Below, one piece after another: positions 43,062-53,200 of a stretch of 64,000 nucleotides of DNA. Below the pieces are notes generated by a model. The model worked only from the letters and a program-made list of their open reading frames with translations, did not search any database and was not told the origin of the DNA. A program made the translations under genes and the position numbers. Position 1 is the first letter of the stretch. Every line of letters starts with the position of its first letter. Origin of the DNA: an uncultured Clostridia bacterium (lineage in GTDB: Bacteria; Bacillota; Clostridia; Christensenellales; Borkfalkiaceae); contig CASDRK010000011.1 in the NCBI GenBank assembly GCA_949283125.1, positions 23,363 to 87,362 of the forward strand, read 5' to 3'.

Positions 43062-44894
43062 ATGCGGGGACGCACATCTAAATTTGCGGCTTTGCTCCTT
43101 TCCGCCGCCCTTGCGGCAGGCGCCCTCGGCGCCTGCGCGCCGCAGGGCGGCGACGGGAGCGGCGGCGACCTGCCCGACACCGGGCAGAGCGGCGACTTCA
43201 CCGACCTTTCCGTCCGCGACTACATAGGCGAAAACGGCATAGTCACCGCCGCCAGCCCCTATGCGGCAAAGGCGGGGCTGGACGTTTTAAAGGACGGCGG
43301 CAACGCCTTCGACGCGGCCGTGGCCATATCGTTTGCCATAGGCGTGGCCGAAGCCGACGCGTGCGGACTGGGCGGCGGCGGGCTGATGATAGCCTACAAC
43401 GTCAATTCCGGACAGTCGCTTTACTACAACTTCCGCGAGTTTGCCCCCGCGGGCGCGTCGACCGATTATTCCGAGTACGAGAAGATAACGGCCGACAACG
43501 CCTGCATAGAGACGGCCGTGCCCACGCAGGTGGCGGGACTTCTGACCATTTTAGAGGAGCAAGGCTCGGGCAGGCTTACAAAGCAGCGGATAATGCAGCC
43601 CGCCATAGACATGGCGCGGGATGGCATAGAGGTCACTCCCGAGCTTTCGCAGAACATTAAGGACTCCGTGGCCAAGATACTTTACAACGGCGACGACGTG
43701 TGGAACGTGTTTTCGGACGGCATAGAGGGGCTGTACGAGGGAGACATACTCGTTCAGAGCGATCTGGCCGACACGCTGGAATACGTTGCCACCCACACCA
43801 AGGAGGAGTTCTACACCGGCGAGATCGCGCAGAAGATAGTGGCGGCTTCGCAGGCGCACGGCGGCTCCATAACCATGGACGACATGCGCTACGCCGCGGA
43901 AAATTACCCCAAAAAGTCGCAGGCCCTCACGGGCACGTACAAGGGGTACGAGATCCTCACCTGCGCAGGGCCGTCCACGGGCGGCACCATGCTCATCGAA
44001 ATGCTGAACATGCTCGAGTGCTACGACGGCTCCGTCGCCGCCCTCGGACACAACAGCGAGGAATACGTAAACCTCATCGCAACCGTAATGCAGCTTGCCT
44101 ACGGCGACAAGGAAAAGTACATGGCCGATTCTTCCGCCGTGCAGGTGCCCGTGGAAGGGCTGACCAGCAAGCAATACGCCGCGGAGCGGTTTGAAAATTA
44201 CCGCGCCGGGCACGCCTACCTCGGCACCGGTCAGGGCGATCTGCCCTACGGCGACCCTTCGCCGTACAACGGCGGACAGGTGCAGACGTATGCGGACGGA
44301 ACGTCGGGCGATCATCAGAGCACGACTACCTTTTCCGTCATCGACGAGGCGGGCAACATAGTAACTTTTACGCAGACGATAAACAACTTTTTCGGCTGCG
44401 GCATAGTCCCCGAAGGCTGCGGGTTCTTTCTCAACAACGAGATGCGCGACTTCTCGTATGAGCAAGGCAGCATAAACGAGGTCGCACCCTATAAACAGCC
44501 GGCAAGCTACATGATGCCCACCGTCATTCTCAAGGACGGGCGTCCGTACGCCACGCTCGGCTCGCCGGGCGGCTCGCGCATACCCGCGGCGGTGCTTCAG
44601 GTAACGCTCAACATGACGGAGTTCGGCATGGACATGCAGGAGGCCATCGAAGCCCCCCGCGTCTACTGCTTCACCACGAGCGACGAGCCCGAAGGGACAG
44701 CAAAGACCATCGAAGTGGAGGCGGCGCTCAAAAATCTTCTGCCCGGGCTTGCCGCCATGGGATACGACGCCGCGGTATATTCCGACCGGCAGCTCGACCC
44801 CTATTTCGGCGGCGTTCAGGGCATAAAGGTAGAAGAAGAGGGCTATCACGGCGGCGCAGACCCTCGCCGCGACGGCAAAGCCCTGGGTTATTAG
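43062..44894 (+). CDS. ggt: Gamma-glutamyltranspeptidase family lipoprotein, paralog 2
   Basis: 610 aa. Lipobox ..ALGAC, GGT core ..GGNAFDAAVAISFAIGV.., autoprocessing site QSTTTFS, and C-terminal GADPRRDGKALGY as in paralog 1. Confidence 0.9.
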   Translation: MRGRTSKFAALLLSAALAAGALGACAPQGGDGSGGDLPDTGQSGDFTDLSVRDYIGENGIVTAASPYAAKAGLDVLKDGGNAFDAAVAISFAIGVAEADACGLGGGGLMIAYNVNSGQSLYYNFREFAPAGASTDYSEYEKITADNACIETAVPTQVAGLLTILEEQGSGRLTKQRIMQPAIDMARDGIEVTPELSQNIKDSVAKILYNGDDVWNVFSDGIEGLYEGDILVQSDLADTLEYVATHTKEEFYTGEIAQKIVAASQAHGGSITMDDMRYAAENYPKKSQALTGTYKGYEILTCAGPSTGGTMLIEMLNMLECYDGSVAALGHNSEEYVNLIATVMQLAYGDKEKYMADSSAVQVPVEGLTSKQYAAERFENYRAGHAYLGTGQGDLPYGDPSPYNGGQVQTYADGTSGDHQSTTTFSVIDEAGNIVTFTQTINNFFGCGIVPEGCGFFLNNEMRDFSYEQGSINEVAPYKQPASYMMPTVILKDGRPYATLGSPGGSRIPAAVLQVTLNMTEFGMDMQEAIEAPRVYCFTTSDEPEGTAKTIEVEAALKNLLPGLAAMGYDAAVYSDRQLDPYFGGVQGIKVEEEGYHGGADPRRDGKALGY

Positions 44895-44907
44895 GAGGAA
44901 AAATAAT

Positions 44908-46611
44908 TTGGGAAATCTGTTCTGGAACATTGAACTGCTGTACTTTGCAGTGATGCTTGCAGTGTTCATTGTGTTACTGTTGGCGGCCAAGCTTCCCACG
45001 GGACTCAGTCTTATGTGCTCCGCGGTGGTCGGTCTGGCCGTGGCGGCGATAGCCGATCCGGAGCTCACGTTCGACATCCGGTACCTCGTGGAGGGAATGT
45101 TCGGCTATCTGGATACCATTCTTACCATCACAACGGCGATGGTGTTCATGGGTGCTCTGCAGGCAAGCGGCGCGCTGGAATACATAAGCACGGTGCTGGT
45201 AAAAGCGCTCGGACGGTACCCGTCCCTGCTGCTCGTGGCGCTGATGATAATCATCATGTTCCCCGCAATGGTCACGGGCTCGTCGCTCGCGTCGGCCATA
45301 TCGGTAGGCGCTCTGGTCGCGCCCATCATGATCAAGTGGGGCATACCTAAATCCAAAACGGCCGCCATCATAGCCATGGGCTCCATTCTCGGCATGGTGG
45401 CTCCCCCCGTCAACGTGCCCGCAATGGTCATCTGCGACGTGGTGGACATACCCTACACCGGCTTCACCGCGCCGCTCATTCTCCTCACCGTGCCGCTTGC
45501 GCTCGTAAGCGTCATACTGCTGGGAAGAAAGTACGTCAAGCCCATCCCCAAGGCGTACGTGGAAAAGGTGGTCGACACCTCCGTGCTCAAGGAGCTCAAC
45601 TGGACGGTATGCATACCGCTGTTCGTGCTCATCGCATTCATAGTTGCCGAAATGATATGGCCCATGATCTTCGGCGCGCTGGCCATGCCCGCAATGTTCG
45701 CAATCTCCACGGTGATAGCGTTCTGCGTCGGCAGAAGGCGTCCCTTCTGGAAAAAGCCTGCCGAAGGCCTGTTCACACCCCAGCCCGCCGGCGCGGAAAA
45801 CGCCGTGCCCGACTGCGTTGTGGGCGTGCTCCGTCAGGGCGTTTCCAAATCCCTGTCGGCCATGGGTCTTCTCATGGGCGTGGGCATGTTCATGGAAGTG
45901 CTCGCCGTAACGGGCGCGCGCGGACTGATAGTTTACACGGCAATATCCCTGCCCGACGTGTGGATGTACGTTGGCATGGCGGTATCTTTGCCCCTGTTCG
46001 GCGGCATATCGGCGTTCGGTTCGGCGTCCATGCTGGGCGGGCCCTTCGTCATGGCTCTCAACGGCGTGTGCAACAGCATAATGGTTACGAGCGGACTTTC
46101 CATGCTCGCCGCCATAGGCGAGTTCTCGCCCCCCACGGCGATGTCGTCTACCATAGCCACCAACATAACGGGCGAAAAGAAGTGGACAAAAACTTCGCTG
46201 GCGGCGCTGCCCGCCCTCGCGGTGGCGTTCGCGTATTCGCTCATATACGTGCTGCTTCTCGCCAGAATAGTGCAGAAAATACCTGCCGACAGTCAGGATA
46301 TGTACATATGGATAATGTTCGCCGTAGCCATCGCCATAGCCATAGCGTTCGTGGTGGTTTGGGAGATCCTCTGCCGCAAGGTGTACATACTCAGGCGCCG
46401 CGCGTATGACGTAACGCAGTCCGACGAGACCGCAGAGCAGCCCGAAGAGCAGGCCGCGGACGACGGACAGACGGCCGAAGCTTCCGCTTGCGCGGAACAG
46501 GCGGAGCCTGCCGCCGCCGAAGGCGACGCCGCGGAGACCGCGGAGGAGCCGGCGGCCGGGTCGGAAGATTCCGGCAATGACAATAACGACAATGAGGAGG
46601 GTGAAAGATGA
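44908..46611 (+). CDS. Polytopic permease (ion-transporter-superfamily/DctM-like by eye) with an acidic C-terminal tail
   Basis: 567 aa with at least 10 hydrophobic helices. TTG start 9 nt after AGGAGG. The last ~75 aa are Glu/Asp/Ala-rich. The family assignment is tentative. Confidence 0.55.
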   Translation: MGNLFWNIELLYFAVMLAVFIVLLLAAKLPTGLSLMCSAVVGLAVAAIADPELTFDIRYLVEGMFGYLDTILTITTAMVFMGALQASGALEYISTVLVKALGRYPSLLLVALMIIIMFPAMVTGSSLASAISVGALVAPIMIKWGIPKSKTAAIIAMGSILGMVAPPVNVPAMVICDVVDIPYTGFTAPLILLTVPLALVSVILLGRKYVKPIPKAYVEKVVDTSVLKELNWTVCIPLFVLIAFIVAEMIWPMIFGALAMPAMFAISTVIAFCVGRRRPFWKKPAEGLFTPQPAGAENAVPDCVVGVLRQGVSKSLSAMGLLMGVGMFMEVLAVTGARGLIVYTAISLPDVWMYVGMAVSLPLFGGISAFGSASMLGGPFVMALNGVCNSIMVTSGLSMLAAIGEFSPPTAMSSTIATNITGEKKWTKTSLAALPALAVAFAYSLIYVLLLARIVQKIPADSQDMYIWIMFAVAIAIAIAFVVVWEILCRKVYILRRRAYDVTQSDETAEQPEEQAADDGQTAEASACAEQAEPAAAEGDAAETAEEPAAGSEDSGNDNNDNEEGER

Positions 46612-46772
46612 ATATCTATCTGACGATTCTGTGGGTCCTCTACATCATTATCGCGGTCGTTGTAGCCGTATTCGTTGTATGGAGCGTATTCAAGAGCAAC
46701 AAACTGACCGACAAGATAACCGGCGCGGTCATGCTCATAATGCTGCTGTTAAGGATATTTATGATCAAGTGA
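46608..46772 (+). CDS. Small two-helix membrane protein (54 aa), not in the ORF track
   Basis: MNIYLTILWVLYIIIAVVVAVFVVWSVFKSNKLTDKITGAVMLIMLLLRIFMIK. The ATG overlaps the permease stop (ATGA) and SD GGAGGGTGA lies upstream. Confidence 0.45.
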   Translation: MNIYLTILWVLYIIIAVVVAVFVVWSVFKSNKLTDKITGAVMLIMLLLRIFMIK

Positions 46773-46785
46773 AGGAGGCGGGCAG

Positions 46786-48339
46786 ATGAAATTTAAAGAA
46801 ATGATGCAAAAATGCTCTGAAATCAAGGGCAAGTGCGGCTCTGTTGCCGCCAGAATAAAGCCCGACCTTACAAACAAAAAACACAACTACATAGCCGCGG
46901 CCGTCTGTCTCGTGCTGGCGCTCGCCGTGCTGATAGTTTCGGCATGCCAGTTCTCGTCCTTCCGCAATTACCAGACCGAGTTCGTGCTGCGCGAAGGAGT
47001 GGTGGACGACGTTCTGAAGTTCCACGAGTATTCAAGATATCTCGAAGGCACTTCGGGCGATTCCGACATATACGTGATAAACGGCACGGAGAACACCGTG
47101 GCCCTCGTAAAGGAGGGCGAGGCCGGCAACTATGCGAACGGCGTGCCCGAAGGCGCAAAGCTGTGCGCCGTCGAAGGCAGCGACGCCCAGATAGACGCGG
47201 CGACCGCCACGCTCGGCCTTGCCGAAGGCGACATCGCCCTGCTCGGCTCTGCCGAAGACGCCGCACAGGCGGTAAAGGACGGCACTTACGACGCGGCCGT
47301 GCTCCGTCACGGCGACGCCAAAAAGCTTACGGGCGACGGCCTTGCGATAGCCGAAGCCGAACTGGAAAAGGTGCCCAGCCTGCTGGTCATCGGCGGCACG
47401 CACCCCAACGAGCCCGCCGGCCAGCTCACCGCAACGCTCTTCCTCGAAAACGCGGTGATGGAGCGCGGCATACTCTATGTGGTCACCGAACTCAACAAGA
47501 GCGCCTATTCGCACTCCCAGCCGCAGGAAGGTTCGCCCTGGTACTATGAATTCGAGGTGGACGGCACCACCCGCACGTTCAAGTACGGCGCGCGCGCTTC
47601 CAACCCCGTGGACCAGTGGCCCACGCCCGACGTCTACACGCATTCGTCCGGCCAGCAGCTGTCCTCCAGCGAGGTGCGCAACATCAACCGCGCATACCCC
47701 GGTTCGGAGACGGGCACCTTCACCGAGCAGATAGCCTGGGCAATAACCAACTTCGTCAACACCGAGCAGGTTACCATGGTCATCGACCTTCACGAAGCTT
47801 CGCCCGAATACGAGGTCATCAACGCCTGCGTGTACCATCAGGATTCCGCCGCGATAGCCAGCAACGCCAGTCTGTTCGGCTTCATGAACATCGGCGAGGA
47901 CATCAAGATGGAAGTGTCCGCCCTCAACCTGCACGGTCTCACCCACCGCGAGCTGGGCGACTACACCTCCGCATACGTGTTCCTGTTTGAAACTTCCAAC
48001 GCTTCGCAGGGCAAAATACACGGCAAGTTCACCTCCGACCTCATACTTTACGACGGCTATCAGGACAAGTACTACGAGGCCTCGCTCGAAAAGGGCCTGC
48101 TGTACGCGCCCGCGGTCTCCATCAACGTGCGCGTCGCGCGCCACACGGAGTCCGTGTCGTCCATAATCGAAGGCTTCAACCTCTCGGACTGCTATTCGCG
48201 CTCGTCTTACGAGTATTCCTACCTCGAAAACCCGCCCGAAAGCCAATATCTCGGCGACTTCCTCATCTCCGGCATCCCCGACTATACGGAAGTGACCGAA
48301 AACGGAGTGGCAAATTATCTGTTGCCTTCCGAAAAGTAA
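46786..48339 (+). CDS. Membrane-anchored AstE/AspA (succinylglutamate desuccinylase/aspartoacylase, M14-like) family zinc hydrolase
   Basis: 517 aa. N-terminal TM ..IAAAVCLVLALAVLIV.. and zinc-site pattern GGTHPNEPAG ... NINRAYPG ... IDLHEA. Confidence 0.7.
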   Translation: MKFKEMMQKCSEIKGKCGSVAARIKPDLTNKKHNYIAAAVCLVLALAVLIVSACQFSSFRNYQTEFVLREGVVDDVLKFHEYSRYLEGTSGDSDIYVINGTENTVALVKEGEAGNYANGVPEGAKLCAVEGSDAQIDAATATLGLAEGDIALLGSAEDAAQAVKDGTYDAAVLRHGDAKKLTGDGLAIAEAELEKVPSLLVIGGTHPNEPAGQLTATLFLENAVMERGILYVVTELNKSAYSHSQPQEGSPWYYEFEVDGTTRTFKYGARASNPVDQWPTPDVYTHSSGQQLSSSEVRNINRAYPGSETGTFTEQIAWAITNFVNTEQVTMVIDLHEASPEYEVINACVYHQDSAAIASNASLFGFMNIGEDIKMEVSALNLHGLTHRELGDYTSAYVFLFETSNASQGKIHGKFTSDLILYDGYQDKYYEASLEKGLLYAPAVSINVRVARHTESVSSIIEGFNLSDCYSRSSYEYSYLENPPESQYLGDFLISGIPDYTEVTENGVANYLLPSEK

Positions 48340-48477
48340 TTTTTATCAAAGCAAAAACTTCCTTAAAACGGAGGCGGCGCCGCAGTACCGCGGCGGCCGC
48401 GGCCGCGCCGGGGGAGGGGGTACCCTTCCCCCGGCAGGGAGCGTAAAATCAAAAAAATTTTTTTGGAGGACTTTTGT

Positions 48478-49185
48478 ATGAAAAAGCTTTTAACACTTCT
48501 CGTATCGTTGCTGCTCGTAGGCGCCACCGCGGCGTTCGCCGCGTGCACCGAAAACGGTGACGGCGGCAACGGCGGCAACGGCGGCAACGATCAGGATCAG
48601 GGTCAGACCGGCGATGACCAGAACGATGACGACGACAACACCGGCGACGAGACGCAGGAGAACGCGACCATCGCCGACGAGGCGCTCAAGGTCAACCTCG
48701 ACGGTCACGACCTGTACGTTACGTCCATAGGTCAGGCGGCCGACTACGACACCCTCGTAACTCTGCTCACCAACTCGAAGACCGTCGGTCTCACCGAGGG
48801 CGAGGACTTCACCGCAAACTCCACTCTGAGCTCCAGCGCCGTGGCCGCGGGCGACACCGTTATAATAGTTGCGGGCGCTTCCACCAAGGGTATGGGCGGC
48901 GCCGGCGTTGACGCCGCAAGCGAGATCCAGCGCGCGCAGGACTTCGCCGCAAGGGACGACATCAACATCATCGTTGCCCAGCTTGGCGGCAGCGCTCGCC
49001 GTGGCGAAACTTCCGACGCGATATTTGCCGCTCTCTGCCCCGCAGCTTCGGTGACGCTCATCGTTTCCAGCGCGGACAACGACGGCATGTTCTCCAACAC
49101 ATGGTGCGCAAGCACGCCGCTCTACAAGTATTCCAGAGCCACCAACATGGCCGATTCGTGGAAGTTCCTTCTCGGCGTGGAGTGA
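48478..49185 (+). CDS. Lipoprotein of unknown family (paralog A; related to 56065-56742)
   Basis: 235 aa from MKKLLTLL... with lipobox AFAAC and an acidic Gly/Asn/Asp linker. The core LYVTSIGQAADYDTL ... IIVAGAS ... IIVAQLGGSARRGETSDAIFAAL aligns by eye with the protein upstream of pgsB. Confidence 0.6.
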   Translation: MKKLLTLLVSLLLVGATAAFAACTENGDGGNGGNGGNDQDQGQTGDDQNDDDDNTGDETQENATIADEALKVNLDGHDLYVTSIGQAADYDTLVTLLTNSKTVGLTEGEDFTANSTLSSSAVAAGDTVIIVAGASTKGMGGAGVDAASEIQRAQDFAARDDINIIVAQLGGSARRGETSDAIFAALCPAASVTLIVSSADNDGMFSNTWCASTPLYKYSRATNMADSWKFLLGVE

Positions 49186-49204
49186 TAACGTCCTATAAAA
49201 AATC

Positions 49205-50152
49205 ATGAAAAAGACAGGTATAACTTGGCTGTGCCTTGCCATGCTTGTCGGTGCAATGTGCTTTACGGCTGCCTGCGACAGCACGCAGCCGGATAAGCCG
49301 GGCGCGGACGACGGACAGCAGCAGGTCGGCACGGACGACGATCAGACGCAGGAAAGCGTCACCGTGACCCGTACGGAGGAAACGCTGCTCGAGGGCACGC
49401 CGTGGGAAACCCCCGCATATACCTACGTCACCGACAGGGAGGGGCCCAGAATAGCCATAGTGGGCGGCATCCACGGCGACGAGGTGGCGGGCTGGTCCGC
49501 CGCTCTCGACCTCGCCGAGGAGCTGGACGAAAACTTCCCCGGCATCTGCGGGGAGATCCTCCTCATTCCGCAGGCAAACATTCTGGCTGACACGCTTCAG
49601 GACCGCTATCCCGGCAGAAGGGGCGCGGTATCCGGCATAGGCACGGTGGACGGAGTTAAGTACAGCGATCTCAACCGCTCCTTCCCCGACGGCAGGGCGA
49701 GCAACGCCACGCAATCCACCATTCAGATATCCGAGGCGGTGCGCATCGCCGTGGAAAACTTCGACGCCGACTATATCATAGATATGCACGAATCGCTGCA
49801 CAGCTGGACGGAACAGGACACCACGTCCACCAGTCTGGGCGATACGCTCATATTCAAAAACGAGGCGCTGTTCATGGACGACCTCATCTATTACTACAAC
49901 GAGGTCTACCGCGAAGCGGGCGAAACGGAGTTTACAAGCAACCCCGCAAGCACCAAGGGCAGCTTCAACTACTATTTTTCCAATCGCTATCCCGAAAAGG
50001 CTGTATTTACGATAGAAACCAACCGCGGCTACGTTTCCGGCAACAACACAGTGGCGTTGTCCGTCCGCAAGCGTCAGCAGCTCGGCATACTCGACGCTCT
50101 GTTCGATATCGTCTGGGAAAGGACGGATACTTCGGACGTGCTGGGTTATTGA
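49205..50152 (+). CDS. AstE/AspA (M14-like) family zinc hydrolase lipoprotein
   Basis: 315 aa. Lipobox FTAAC and motifs GGIHGDEVAG ... DLNRSFP ... IDMHES. Confidence 0.75.
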   Translation: MKKTGITWLCLAMLVGAMCFTAACDSTQPDKPGADDGQQQVGTDDDQTQESVTVTRTEETLLEGTPWETPAYTYVTDREGPRIAIVGGIHGDEVAGWSAALDLAEELDENFPGICGEILLIPQANILADTLQDRYPGRRGAVSGIGTVDGVKYSDLNRSFPDGRASNATQSTIQISEAVRIAVENFDADYIIDMHESLHSWTEQDTTSTSLGDTLIFKNEALFMDDLIYYYNEVYREAGETEFTSNPASTKGSFNYYFSNRYPEKAVFTIETNRGYVSGNNTVALSVRKRQQLGILDALFDIVWERTDTSDVLGY

Positions 50153-50225
50153 TTTCGTGATTCATGCCGTTTTCAAGGTGCGGGATATTTCCGCAGCATA
50201 AATCTAATCAGGGGGATATTACCAC

Positions 50226-53200
50226 ATGAAGAAAAAGCACATTCTGGCCATACTTCTCGCGCTCGGCTGCTCGGCGGCCGCCGCGGGCGCAATGGCCTGT
50301 CAGACTACGGGCGACGACGGCGGCAAAGATCAGAATCAGGGTCAGACCGACGACGATCAGAACCCCGACGATCAGGATCCGGACGATCAGAATCCGGACG
50401 AACCCGATGAAAACTCCATAGCGGGCATCGCCAAAAACGGTAAAAAGGGAACGCAGTACACCGTTGAAGGCGTGGTTTACGGCGAGCTTTCGGACGGCTA
50501 CTTCATCTCCGACGGAACGGGCGGCATATTTGTCGCCGACGACGAGGAAGTGTCCGTCGGCGACAAGCTGTCGGTCACGGCCACGCTCTCCGTCACGCGC
50601 AACGTGCCCTCGCTCACCTCGGCCACGGCCGTAACGGTCACGGCTCAGGGTCAGACGGCTCTCGCGCCGGAGGCAAGCTCGCTGTCCTATCTCAACTCGC
50701 TCACGGCGGGCAGGGCAAACTACTACAAATATCTCACCGTGGCGGGCACGCTCTCCGTTGAGGACGGTCAGTACATCCTCACCGAGGGCAGCGACGTGAT
50801 GGCGTTCGACGAGCGCTCCAACACCCAACATCTCGAAGCGTGGGTGGGCCGCAAAATAGACGTCAGCGTCATAACCACCGGCTTCGGTACCTACTGGGAG
50901 GGCGCCTTCATAGGCGACGCCGACGACGTCAAGGAGCACGAAGTCAACCTCGAAGCGGTCAAGGACGACATATTCAAGAGCTTCTCCGTGCCCGGCAGCG
51001 TGTACGTCAGTCTCGAACTTCCCACCGAATACACCCTTGAACCCAACGTTGAGTTCACGTGGTCCGTGGTAAGCGGTCAGGAAGTGGTTTCCATCAACGA
51101 CAACGTCGCCGAAGTCACTCCCGGCTCCGCCGACACCAACGCGGTGCTCAGGCTCACGCTCACCGCGGGCGAACAGACGGCCACCAAGGACTACACCGTG
51201 ATAGTGCATCCCGCGACGGCCGTGAATATAGCCGACATAGACGACCATGTGAACGAAACCGTCATGGTCAGCGGCACTGTGCTTGCCAAGGGTCACGCCC
51301 AGACGCAGTACAGGTGCGGCCTGCTCATCACCGACGGCAACGGCAACAACCTTGCGGTGGACATCGACCGCACCGACCTTGCCGATTACTCCGTAGGCGA
51401 CACTGTAAAGGCCGTCGGCAGCTATACTCCCGCAGAGGGCGGCATCTTCGCGGCGCACTTCACGGCTATCGACCACGTATGCTCCGAAAAGGCCCCCGAG
51501 GGCTATTCCACGGACTATTCCGCGCTCGAAGCCGTTGAGCTCAGCTCGCTCGAGGACTATCAGGCGGTCATCACCGACCCCGCGGGCAACGCCAACAAGC
51601 TCTACAAGATAGTGATGCCCTACATGATACTCAGCGGCAACACGTCTTACAACTTCATGCGCTTTGGCGCAACCGAGGACACGGCCGGCAGCGGTCTGGC
51701 CAGCTCGCCCGAAGGTTTCACCGGCTCTTCCAACTGGTACTTCTGCTTTGCCATCAACTCGCTCGACCTCACCGTTCCCGAGTTCTACGACTTTGTCAAT
51801 CCTCCCTTCCTGCAGGACGGCGCCGCGCACTATGAATACCTCACCATATATGCGTACGCCATGTACGACGGCGGCTCCACCGGTTCTTCCACGTGGCAGT
51901 TTGTCATACCCGAAGAGAGCGCCATAGTCGTCGATTATCAGGCATACATATCGTCCAAGGTGACGGAGGCCATAGGCGAAACCGCCGTGGTGGCGACCGA
52001 AGCCGGCACGATGAACATTCCCAAGGAGATATCCTTCACCGACATCGACGGCACCGTGCAGAACATAGCCCTTGCATGGCAGTCCTCCGACGCCGCCGCG
52101 CTCAATCCCGAAACGGGCGCGTATGCGGCCGTGGCTGCAAACAAGACCGTCACCCTCACGGCCTCCTATAAGTTCGGCGGCGAAAGCCTGCAGAGCGTGA
52201 TAGAGATAGACCTTCTGGCTCGCGATCTCGAAGTTCTCACCGTCACCCAGTGGCTGACGGCGGAGGAAGGGGAAGTGCCCGAACGCTTCTATCTCGAAGC
52301 GGTGGTCGCTTCCATCGGCTCCACCTCGGGCAACTCCGACGAACAGCGCAACGGCGTCATCCTCACGGACGGCATCAACACGCTGTGGTACAAGACGGAC
52401 GAATACACCTACGGCGCCGATCAGACCCACCTTGCCAAGGGCGACAAGCTGCGCATAACCGGCGCACAGCTCACCAAGACGGGCGGAGTGCAGGAGCTTT
52501 CGGGCGGCACGTATGCCGTTGTCTCCTCGGGCAACGACATAGACTATTCGGGCATCAACCTGTACGGTTCGGTCAGCAGCGATGAAGAGCTCGCCGCTCT
52601 CGCCGCGGGCATGAGCGAACCCATAGGCGGCGTGGCCGTAAAGTTCTCCGGCGTGTTCTCCTTCGTCGGCACGGGTTCGTCCAACTGCCGTTATCAGCTC
52701 AACTATAAGGACGCTTCAAGCTCCGCCGACGCGCGCTATCGCTTCGGCGACAGCACCGACGATATAGGCACATGGAGAACCTTCTCGTTCAGCGTCGCGG
52801 GCAACAACTACGCCTTCCCCGGCTGGTACGAAACCTGCGGCATGCCCGAAGGCAAGTCGTCCACCTGTTACCCCGTTGAAGGCACCATAATCGCCGTTTC
52901 GTGCAGCTCCGGCAAGACCATGTACGCATGGAGCATAATTGCCATCGACTGCGAGCCCTACGTTCCCTCGGGCGACATAAGCAACATACTCACCGTATCC
53001 GAAGCTCTCGATGACGAAAGCGGCGAAGCCGTCTACGTTCAGGGCATAGTGGGCGCGTTCGGCGCGCAGACGGCCTCCGGCCAGGGCGACGGCTTCCAGA
53101 AGGGGCTCATCCTCACCGACGGCACCAACGTGCTGCTTACCGAAGACCTCGGCGACGCGTACAGGGCGGAAGAGGACGGTGCATATACTATTGACGGGCA

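Noticed and set aside
41048-52430. Long minus-strand ORFs 41048-43201, 43551-45077, 47032-48246 and 50208-52430
   Set aside because: Antisense to the GGT, permease, M14-like and 1176-aa lipoprotein genes. They are Arg/Gly/Val/His-rich, lack start-site signals and are the usual GC-rich shadow frames.
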